A stretch of 64,000 nucleotides of DNA from Cetorhinus maximus. Its lineage: Eukaryota. Shown here piece after piece: positions 53,131-64,000 of the stretch. The notes beneath the pieces were generated by a model. It did not search any database. It saw nothing but the letters and a program-made list of their open reading frames with translations, and had not been told where the DNA came from. Where the stretch lies: NCBI RefSeq assembly GCF_964194155.1, contig NC_135909.1, forward strand, positions 14,198,001 through 14,262,000. Direction: 5' to 3'. Numbering within the stretch: the first letter of the stretch is position 1; every line of letters begins with the position of its first letter. Position numbers and translations under genes: made by a program.

Positions 53131-56100
53131 GCAAATCGCTGAGCATAATTACACACCCACCTCAGATTGCAAGGCCCTGTATTACCAAAACAAAAGGAGA
53201 ACCTAAATACATATTAATACCCGCAGCTCCATTAACTCCAGTTGAAACACATTTTACGTTAAACATAGGTCAGACTTAGACTCATAATACATAGAACAGA
53301 ATCTCGCAATTGATACAGCAGAGCGAGGCCATTCGGCCCATAGTATCTGTGCTAGCTCTCTGCGAGATCAGCTGAGCTGCTTCCACTGACATATTCTTCC
53401 CCACAGGCCTGTTTAATATTCCTTCTGTTCTTTTTCTATTTCTCTCTTGTCCAATGAGCTCAAATTATTTATTCACATGCAGACAATTGCTTCTCTTTAT
53501 AGACATCGACCATATCCACTCAACATCCATCCTTTCCCAAGGTTAATAGACACAGCTATTCTAAGGCAACGCTTATTACTGATGAGGTTTCAACTGCAAT
53601 ATGAATAACTCCAAATTGGGATTCACTTATCTGCCATCTTCTTCTTCATTATCCTTTACACTCCCTGATCGCAGGTTTAGTTGCCCTGAGCATTGTCTGG
53701 TACTCACCTCAATTCTCTGGCTGAAGTATAACTGCTTTCATTGGATTTACCTTAGCAAATGAGGAGGAATCTACCGTGGTTTGTTTGGTTTTAAACACAA
53801 CTTTGCAAATTCATACTTACCTGCAAGAAGCCTGATCTACTGAGGATGTAAATCAGTAATTCAGACTTGTATTCTACCTGATTTCCAGGCATTGGAATTA
53901 ATTTCCATCCAGATTCCTGTTTTGCATGACCCAGTGGGGAATCTCCTCACTCACATCACAAGGTCAGATAATTACAGGTCTAAAGAGCAGTTGATAATTC
54001 TGACACTTTTTAACATTTATGCATATAAAGGCCACTTGATAAGACTGTTCGATTAAAAATAAAGATAGTCAGCCTGATTTGAAAATGTGAACTTAACTCT
54101 GAAGTGGAGATATTTTCAGGTAGGCCCAATTCTGACAATCATCTAGAATGTTAGTGATAACTCATTACTGTAGGAGATGTGAGGTTTTTTATTCATTCAT
54201 GCGATATGGGCCCATGGGGTAACTAGTGGTGTGCTGCCTTTTTGAATACAACTGAGTGGTTTACTCAGCAATTGTAGATGGCAGTTCAGAGTCAACTTCA
54301 TTGCTGTGCTTGGTCCTAGGATCCAATATAAACCAAATCAGGTAAGGATGGGGATGATAAATCTACTTTCCTAAATATTTGAACTTAGCATTTTGAACAC
54401 CATTCCTGAGATAAAAATTACATACAGATACACAATCAATCCCAGAGTCACATGCAGCATCAAAGGCTGAGAAGTAGACAATAACTGTCTCTCTCACATA
54501 CAGTCACGTCACTCACCATCCTGAATTGGAATTATATCGCTCTTCCTTCACTGTTGCTGGGTCAGAATCCTGGAACTCCCTTCCTAACTGCACTGTGGGT
54601 GCACCCACAACACATGGACTGCAACGGTTCAAGAAGGCAGCTCACCACCACCTTCTCAAGGGCAACAAGGGATGGGCAATAAATGCTGGCCCAGCCACCG
54701 AAGCCCACATCACATGTATAAAAAAAAATACAGCACCAGAGACTACTCAGCAAATCTTACACAGTACCCGACACTGAGACATAGAGTATGAAGACTAATA
54801 CATGCATGGTAAAAAAGAGACTAACACAGAATGAATCCCAGCATGCACACCATGGCAGAGACTATCAGATACAGAATGAATTCCACATTCACAATGTACT
54901 GGAGATTGAAAGACATATATAAAAAAAAAAATCCCACATTCACCACAGTGTCAGAGAGTGACAGATACAGAATGAATCCCACATCACACAAAGCACATTG
55001 ACTGATAGATACAGGATGAATCTCAAATTGTCTCAGAGATGTAGAGATACAGAATGAATCTGACATTCACACAATGCCACAGACAAAGAAACACAGAGGA
55101 ATCTCAGAGCCAAGGACTGATAGAGACAAAATGAATCCTTGATTTCTGAAGACATCAGGCACTGAGTTACAAAATGGCATCAACGCTTACAGAGGGTACC
55201 AGAGTCCAACAGAAACAAAATGAATTGCAAGATCCCATACAGTACCACTGATTGAGAGAGAATTGATCCCACTCAGATCCAGTACTATCCATTGAGGCAA
55301 ATTCTACATTTAACAGTCTTTGGTGCTGTAAGTGATAGTGGGATTACTTCTGTCAAAAATTGCAACAGATGGGCCTGTTGAGAATGAATCACACACTCTG
55401 AATCAGTACCAGAGACTGACCGATACAGGCTGAATTTAACACTCCCATTCAGCAAACGGATGTTGACAGGTACAGAGTTAATCTCACATTCACACACATT
55501 ATCAGACATTGACAGTGAATGAGAAGTTCAGACTCAGAGATAGTAACACAGAATGAAAGACATCGAATCAATACAACTCTGACCTACAATGCCAGAGACT
55601 GACAAATAAAAAAAATCATTGACATACAGTTACAGAGACTGACAGGTACAGAATAAATCCAATAATTTTCGTGGCGGAGAGAAACACATACTGATTTAAT
55701 TTCGGACTGGCGTGTAGTCCCAAGAAGCGAATGATTTCATTTACACGCATCAATAACGGACAGATGCACAATGAGCCTCAGGATATCAAATGAATCCAAC
55801 ATTGAGACATGGTCCCATCAAGTCACAGACACAGAATAAATCCAGGCCTCGCACACTGTACCACAGCCTTCCAAACAGTGAAGGAACCCCACACTCACAC
55901 ACAGCATCAGACAGTGAGTAAATCACGCACATTACCAGAGCCTCAAAATCCCTGAATGAACCCACATTCCTGTACAGTCCCTCGCACCGACAGCCAGGCG
56001 ACATTTCCCGGTGTATCTTTACACACTGAGAAACTCCGGCTGGAGACGGTCTTTGTAAAATGTATTTCCTGATTGTAGAAAGGATGCTAATGATTGGTGG

Positions 56101-56298
56101 AGAAAGCTAAATATGATTGGTTCATTGATCTATCCATACGGAAAATCACAAAAACAGATGACGTGTTTAGTTTAAAATATGTCCAATCAGAATCATTGTC
56201 TCCCCCATTCCTCATTAGCATATATCTGTCATACTGTCTATATAATGAGCGGACGGAAGGAGTTTGGTTTATTTCTGTGTCTGAAATTGGAATTGGAG

Positions 56299-56676
56299 AT
56301 GGTTGATGAGAAGAAGAAACCAGTTGCTAAGAAGGGCGCCAAGAAAACGGTGACTAAACCGGCAGGAAAGGGCGGCAAGAAGCGGCGAAAGTCGAGGAAG
56401 GAGAGTTACTCCATCTACATCTACAAAGTGATGAAGCAGGTTCACCCCGACACCGGCATCTCCTCCAAGGCCATGAGCATCATGAACTCGTTCGTGAGCG
56501 ATATTTTCGAGCGCATCGCGGGTGAGGCTTCCCGCCTGGCCCATTACAACAAGCGCAGCACCATCAGCTCCCGGGAGATCCAGACCGCCGTGCGCCTGCT
56601 GCTGCCCGGGGAACTGGCCAAGCACGCCGTGTCGGAAGGGACAAAGGCAGTGACCAAGTACACCAGCTCCAAGTAA
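56299..56676 (+). CDS. H2B: Histone H2B, copy 2 (125 aa from MVDEKKK)
   Basis: H2B core; CTCATTAGCAT (56211-56221) and TATATAAT (56239-56246) lie upstream of ATG 56299. Confidence 0.97.
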   Translation: MVDEKKKPVAKKGAKKTVTKPAGKGGKKRRKSRKESYSIYIYKVMKQVHPDTGISSKAMSIMNSFVSDIFERIAGEASRLAHYNKRSTISSREIQTAVRLLLPGELAKHAVSEGTKAVTKYTSSK

Positions 56677-56713
56677 AACCCGGCAATGGACTAAACAACA
56701 CCTGAAACACAAC

Positions 56714-56729
56714 GGCTCTTTTAAGAGCC
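56714..56729 (+). other. Histone 3' stem-loop (H2B copy 2)
   Basis: GGCTCT-TTTA-AGAGCC-accca; HDE-like gaaaaagct. Confidence 0.95.
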
Positions 56730-57564
56730 ACCCACAATCTCTCTGAAAAAGCTATACGATTGCTTCACTTATAAAATTATGATTTTTACTGTTGAGAATT
56801 TTGAATTATCTAATTGTTACTTTTTGTTTCAATCACAGCTGTTCCCGGTGATGTAGATTTAACCCTCGTTCAATTATTGAGTCAGGTTAATAATGTCTCA
56901 TCAATTAATGACTTGCCGATTACCCTCGGCGCTTTGTTTTAAGACGCGTTAATATTTTCCCCCTTTCCCTGGTTTTGGAGAGAGAGAGAATAGAAGCAAA
57001 TGCTTCAGTCTCCAGTTCTGGTCAAGTTTGGTTTCCACAATCGATCAGTTCATTTCCTATCAGCCCCGGTTGTGCAGCAACCTTCAGTCTCAACGCTGGC
57101 AAAAATGTTCAGTTTTGTCTGTCATAAATATCTACAATATACCGTCCGTTTGCAGAACGATGTAAATGGGACTTTCTGCGGCTGCTGACAGGGTTTCATA
57201 AAGGATCGAGATTGACCCCCTGATCACGGATTGTAAAAGCGATTTGGAACATGGGATAAAATGTGAAATAGTCCCATCAGGGACGCGTATTTTTAAAACT
57301 TCCAATTCGTACTATGTTCTGTCCGTTCTTTTTCATTTCTTTTTAAAAATTTGGCGGGCTTTTAAAATTTGAAAAAAGATCGGTTGAAATATCGAAATTT
57401 GGCGGCGTAATTTTTCGCCCTCACTCCGTAGAGTCTCCGGATTGGTGAGTTCAGTAGATATCTGGTTGGTGATATGAACAACATTATGAGACGCAGCACA
57501 AAGTGACCAATCAGCAATGCCCGCAGCACCATTCCTCCCGAAGCTATAAGAGAAGCGAATGTGA

Positions 57565-58002
<438 letters not shown>

Positions 58003-58032
58003 AGCGGCCATTCTTTAATCTAATAACCCAAA

Positions 58033-58048
58033 GGCTCTTTTCAGAGCC
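58033..58048 (+). other. Histone 3' stem-loop (H2A copy 2)
   Basis: ccaaa-GGCTCT-TTTC-AGAGCC; HDE-like gaaagggctg. Confidence 0.95.
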
Positions 58049-58810
58049 ACTCACAGGATCATTGAAAGGGCTGCTCACTCTCAGGAGATGGAGTTATTGT
58101 AACGGTGGATTTATCTGTTTCTGATTTGTTTACTTGTGTTTTCAGTTCCCTCTCTGCATTGCGCTGTTCCTCTGTTCACACATCTCCCGCTTTAGTGAAC
58201 TGAAGAATTGAAACAGTCAGAGTCGACATTTTCATAAATATTTCATAGTCATAAATATCGAGTTTGTACCGGTACATTCATGAAAACTATGAAAAATGTA
58301 ACGACTGGTGCATTAAATGCTTTGTTTTTACTCTCGGGTGATCTGAGCGCCGCTCCAGGAACAGAGTAAACTCGGAAACGGAGCGGACATTTTCGGGCTG
58401 ATCTGTTTATTCCGCAGTTTTCCCAGAGGCCGGAATCAGTGAGAGTTGAGCACTCACAGGACCTGAGTCCATTTCTGCGGTTTCAGATCTGCACCCGTCC
58501 CCTTCCCCCCTCCCCCCGGTCTCCCTATTCTCCGGACACAAAGCTGCCTGTCCCAGGCGGTATTGTGTCGGGGATTCTCTCCGCACTCCCTGTTGTAACA
58601 TTCCCGGCCGCTTTTAATGGAGAGGATCAGAAATCAGCCGCTTTTCTCAGTCTCCTTGAAGTCTGTGTGAAGGAGTTGGTTGGTAATCTGTACGTTTTTG
58701 CTTTTCCGCTGATTTAAATTGCTGAACGGGGTCTTATTACCGCCGGTTACAGATAAGAGGTTGACACATTCAAACTGGCGTTCAGTTATTTTGTATTTTT
58801 CCTGTACTGA

Positions 58811-58920
58811 AATTGGCGGGCATTTCGAATTTGAAAATGTGAGCCAATCCAAACTTCCAATTTCTTCTCCCTGCTCTCCGATTGGTTAGGAATTTGATTG
58901 AGAACAGAGTATCCAATTAG
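58811..58920. promoter_or_regulatory. Orphan histone-type promoter module
   Basis: TTGGCGGG-catttcgaa-TTTGAA (58813-58835) plus CCAAT at 58844, 58857 and 58913 and ATTGG at 58881; no histone ORF is adjacent. Confidence 0.5.
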
Positions 58921-60004
58921 AGCTACAGCCTCTCAAACCGTTCATAATGATTATTAATAGACAGATTAAACTAAAGGAATCGGTGTCTTCAACCTCAGTT
59001 GCACTTGAGTTCAAAAATATACTCTATATTCTAAAATATACAGGGAAATAAATGAAAGAACCGGAATAAATGTGTTGTTTCCACCAGCCAAGTTAGTATG
59101 AAGATTCCCGCCAGCTCCTCTCACAGTACGTACCTTATAACTGACAGAGCACGGAGAGACAGGCAGGTCTTCAGTTCCAGTCTCACATTTTCAATCCATC
59201 AATCAAACAAAGCAGGAGAGACAGACGCTGTTTCCATGTCAACATTTAAATATCAGATAAAACGGACACAACGGTGTCAGTTTCAAGTTTACAGAATTAA
59301 CCTGAATAATATACTCTGAGATACATGTGAAGTACCAGTCCAATATTTGCACACATCACGGGTTTATAAATTGCAGTGTCAATTCCCATTGTCTGTCCTG
59401 ACATATACATTAGATGCAAATCCAAAACTCAAGTACATTATCAGAGCGAGATATTCTGAAAGCGTGTATAACCTGAGATACAAACGTTGATTCCAGTTTT
59501 ATGAAACAAAAAGATACAATATCAATTCGATGAGTATGAACTGAGCTGTAACTTTCATACTAATCCTAAATTTTCAATGTCAGATTGAGAATACTGTGCC
59601 AGTTCCAGACTGATCTCCATTTTACATCCATATCAAAATTCTTACTCAGAATCAGACTGAGTGTCACAGATCAAATCGAGCAGTATAACCTGAGTTACAC
59701 CCGCATCTCAACTGAGTAGCAGGTTGAAAGATACATTATCTTTCACAAATGTGTTCACAGTGACAGACATTTAACACTGGGCCATAACTTACAAACATTG
59801 CTTGCTTAATAGTTACCACATCAGTGGTCTGTAACTGAGCTGAAAATTTGCATGGAATGAATCAAAACGTAAACAATCCCAGAGACTGAATGTTATACAA
59901 TGAATCCCATACTCAGTCACATACACTGAGTGACAGAGACTGACAGATAGACAATAATTCTCAACACATGTTCAGTGCCAGATGCTGAAAGGGGCAGCTG
60001 TTTT

Positions 60005-62650
60005 TTTTTTCTCCCTATTCAAGGCATGTGGGCTCTGCTGGCTAGGCCAGCATTTATTGGCCATTCCTAGTTTCCATTGAGTAGGTGGTGGTGAGCTGCT
60101 TTCTTGAACCGCTGCAGTCCATGTGGTGTAGGTACACCCACAGCGCTGTTAAGGGAACGAATTTCAGGATTTTGACACAGCAACTGTGAAGGAATGGCGG
60201 TATATTTCCAAGTCAGGGTGGTGAGTGGCTTCGAGGGAAATTTCCAGGTGGTGGTATTCCTATGTGCCTGCTGCCCTTATCCTTCTAAAAACTGGTGGTC
60301 ATGGGTTTGGACGGTGCTGTTTCAGGAGGAATGGTGAGTTTCTGAAGTGCATCTTGCAGATGGTACACACTGCTGCGACTGTGCATCGGAGGTGGAGGGA
60401 GTGAATGTTTTTGAATGGGTTGCCAATTAAGTAGGCTGCTTTGTTTTGGGTTGTGTCTAGCTGCTTGAGTGTGTTTGGAGCTGCACTCTTTCAGGCAAAT
60501 GGTGAGTATGACATCACAGTCTTGACATGTGCATTACAGATGGTGGGAAGGCTTTGGAGAGCCAGGAGGTTTGTTACTTGCCGCATTATTCCTAGCCCCT
60601 AACCTGTGCTTGTAGCCACTGTATCTATATGCCTAGTCCAGTTCAGTTTCTGGTCAATGGTAACCACCAGGATGTTGATAGTTGGGAATTCAGCAATGGC
60701 AATGCCATTGAATGTCAAAGAGCGATGATTAGTTTCTTTCTTGTTGGAGATGGTCGTTGCCTGGCTCTTCTGTGGTGCAAATGATAATTTCCACTTGTCA
60801 GGCCGAGTTTGGTTAATGTCCAGGTCTTGCTGTATTTGGACATGGACTGCTTCAGTACCTGAGGAGTTGTGAATGGTGCTGACCATTGTGCAATCATCAG
60901 CAAACATGCCCATTTCCCGCAGTTGATGGACAAAAGTCATTGCTAAAGCAAATGAAGTTGATTGGGACTTGGATACTCCCCTGGATAACTCCAGCAGTGA
61001 CATCCTGGGACTCAGATGATTGATCTCCAACGATCACAACCACCTTCCTTTGTGCTAGAAATGACTCCAGCCAGCGGAGAGCCTTCCCCCTGATTCCCAT
61101 TGACTCCAGTGTTGCTAAGGTTCCTTGATGCCACACTCTGTCAAATGCTGTCTTGATGTTAAGGGCAGTCCCTCTCGCCTCCCCATTGGAGTTCAGCTCT
61201 TCTGTTCATGTTTGAACCAAGGCTGCAATGAGGTCAGGAGCTGAGTGGCCCCGGTGGAATCCAAATTGAGCGCCATTGAGTAGGTTATTGCCACTTGTTA
61301 GCACTGTTGAAGGCCCCTTCTATCACCTTACTAATGATCGAGAGTAGACTGATGGGGCAGTAATTGGCCAGGATGGATCTGTCTTGCTTTTTTTATAGAG
61401 GACATGCCTGGGCAAATATCAACATCACTGGATAGATAATAGTGTAGTAGCCATACTGGAACAGCTTGGCCAAGGGTGCAGCAAGTTGAGGATCACATAC
61501 CTAGAGTGCTATTGCTGGAACATTGTCAGGGCCCATAACCTCGGCAGTACCCAGTGCCTTCAGCCGTTTCTCCGTATCACCTGGAGTGAATCGAATGCAC
61601 TGAAGATTGGCATCTGTGATGCTGGGGGCCTCTGAACAAGGCCGACATGGATCAGCCACTCAGCACATCTGCATGAAGGTTGTTGCGAATGCTTCAGCCT
61701 TATCTGTGGCACTGATGTGCTGGGCTCCTCAAACTTTGACGATGGGGCTATTTGTGAAACCTCCATTCATGACTGAATGTGGCAGGACTGCACAGTTAGA
61801 TCTGACCCGTTGGTTGTGGAATTGCTCAACTCGGACTATCACTTGCTGCTTATGTTTTTTGGCACGAAATTAGTCTTGTTTTGTGACTTCAGCAGGTTGA
61901 CACCTCCGTTTTAGTTATGCCTGGTGCTCTTCCTGGAATGCCCTCTTCATTAAACCAGGGTTGATCCCCTGACTTGATGGTAATGGTAGAGTGGAGAATA
62001 TGCTGGGCCATGAGGTTACAGATTGCGGCTAAGTACAATTCTGCAGCTGATGACCCACAGCACCTCATGGATGACAAGACTAGAGGTGTTAGATCTGTTT
62101 GAAATATATGCCAATTAGCACGGTGGTAGTTCCACACAACACAATGGAGTGTATCCTCGATGTAAAGATGTGTCTTCATCTCCATAGGCACTGTTCGGTG
62201 TTCACTCCTCCCGCTCCTGCCATGGATAGATACATCTGCCACAGGCAGGTTGTCGAGGATGAGTTCAAAATTGATTTTCTCCTCACCATCTGCTGCAGAC
62301 ACGGTCTGCGGTGGTGCTACAAGGATATTTTTGGTGATGGACCCACCCAGCTTGCATTCTGTGCCCTTGCCATCCTCAGTGCGTCCTCCAAGTGGTGTTC
62401 AACTTGGAGGAGTACTGCTTCATGAGCTGAAGAGTGGATAGTGGACGTCAGCACGTATTACTCTGTAGAGGGTTCCCTTGAACAAGGTTGACCTGATGCC
62501 ATGAGACTGGAATCGATTTTGAGGACTCCCAGGGCAACGGTTATACCTGCTGGTGATCTGTCCTTTAGGTGGTGGTGGTATCTGGGAGATTGTCAGGAAT
62601 GTTCCCATGAGTATGACTATGTGAGGCAATTGCTTGACTAGTGCCAAAAC
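60005..62650 (-). mobile_element. Long degenerate LINE family B copy (endonuclease + RT)
   Basis: Tail at 60005-60300; MFADD and WHQGTLATLESMGIRGKALRWLESFL; SEH..V and WNYHRANW...QPWFNEE linker motifs. Absent from the paralogous left arm near 23830-23870. Confidence 0.85.
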
Positions 62651-63711
62651 GTTAGTAAGGATTGACAGGGATTCCAGTTGATACTAAGTGGCCTATTCGG
62701 TTTTATTCCTTTAATGGAACTGAGTGGATTGCTGCCATTTTAAAATCAAGCACATTGTTGTTGCCCTGTTTGAAATCTATCCCATTTAGCACAGTGTCAG
62801 TGCCACACAACACAATGGAGTTTAGGTACCAGAGCAGGTTTCACCATTTCTCGTGGTGGGATTCGAAACCCTGGAATATTACTCTGGATCAGCAGCACTA
62901 CCACATCATCACTGCTGATCACACGCCAATTGTACCACTGATAGATTTAGAGAGAGTCCAAGACTCACATATGCTAACAGCTGCTGACAGATGCAAATGG
63001 AATACCACACACACAGACACACACACGTGACTGAAAAGCAATAAATGAATCCCACAATTTAATACAGTACTAGAGAATTATAGATACAGAATTAATCCCA
63101 CTGACAGATAGAGAATTAATCCTATACTCACAAACAGCACGAGGAACTGAAAGACACATATGGTTCCCACACTGACATAGCATCACAGACATAGAATGCA
63201 ATTGACTGAACTAGAGTGAATTTCAATTCACTCACAGTACGAGAGATTTATATATAAATCCTAGTGACAGATCCGAAAGCCTGTCAAACTCATGCACAGC
63301 TCCAGAGAATAACAGATGCAGACTGATTGCTGCACTCCCATGCAATACCAGAGATTTCAGATTCAGAATGATTTCCACATTCACATGCAATAGCACAGGC
63401 TGATAATGAGTCAAACACACATTCAAACTAACATGGGGTAGTTAAATATATTTAAGGCAGAGGTAGATAGATGCTTGATAAGCAAAGGGGTGAAAGGTTA
63501 TCGACGGTAGACTGGAATTTGGAGTTGAGGCTAAAATCAGATCAGCCATTATCTTCTTGAATATCGAGCAGGTTTGAGGGACTGAGTGGTCTCTTCATGC
63601 TCCCAATTTGTATGTTCACAAACATCACTTTTAAGAGATTCAGAACGAGTCACAAATTCACTTACAATCCCAGAAGGTGACTGATAGAACAAATCCCTTG
63701 CAGGAGAGAGT

Positions 63712-64000
63712 TCATGGTCTGAAGTTGCTGAACTCAATGTTATGTCTGGAAGGCTGTAAAGTGCCTAATTGGAAGTTGAGGTACTGTTCCTCAAGTTTGT
63801 TTTGGGTTTCACTGGAACATTGCAGCAGGCCAAGGATGGACATATAGGCATGATAGCAGGATGGGATGTTAAAATGGCAAGCAACAGGAAGGTCTGGGTC
63901 ATGCGTGCGGACAGACTGAAGGTGCTCCACAAAGCTGTGACCCAGCCTACGTTTGGTCTCTCCAATGTAGAGGAGACTGTATTGGGAGCAGCGAACGCAG
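63712..64000 (-). mobile_element. Penelope-like GIY-YIG endonuclease C-terminus (runs off the window)
   Basis: EHLQSVR..DLPVACHFN...KLEEQYLNFQLGTLQPS; homologous to 50385-50550. Confidence 0.8.

Overview
Eukaryotic, repeat-rich vertebrate DNA. The repeat complement (CR1-type LINEs, Penelope-like elements, Deu-domain SINE remnants) and the histone sequences suggest a cartilaginous fish; this is inference. The only intact protein-coding genes are six intronless replication-dependent histone genes, each with a 3' stem-loop: H4(+), H3.2(+), H2A(-), H2B(-), then H2B(+), H2A(+). No H1 is present. The first 12 kb hold tRNA genes and remnants, including an intron-containing tRNA-Arg(TCT) and, unusually, two intron-containing tRNA-Pro genes. 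Most of 23-63.4 kb is a large degenerate inverted duplication with its axis near 49.1 kb. One arm supplies the empty site for a full-length CR1 whose 5' end is an array of about twenty 43-bp monomers. Penelope-like terminal repeats carry minimal hammerhead ribozymes. All alignments were done by eye, so repeat boundaries are approximate and family names are provisional.
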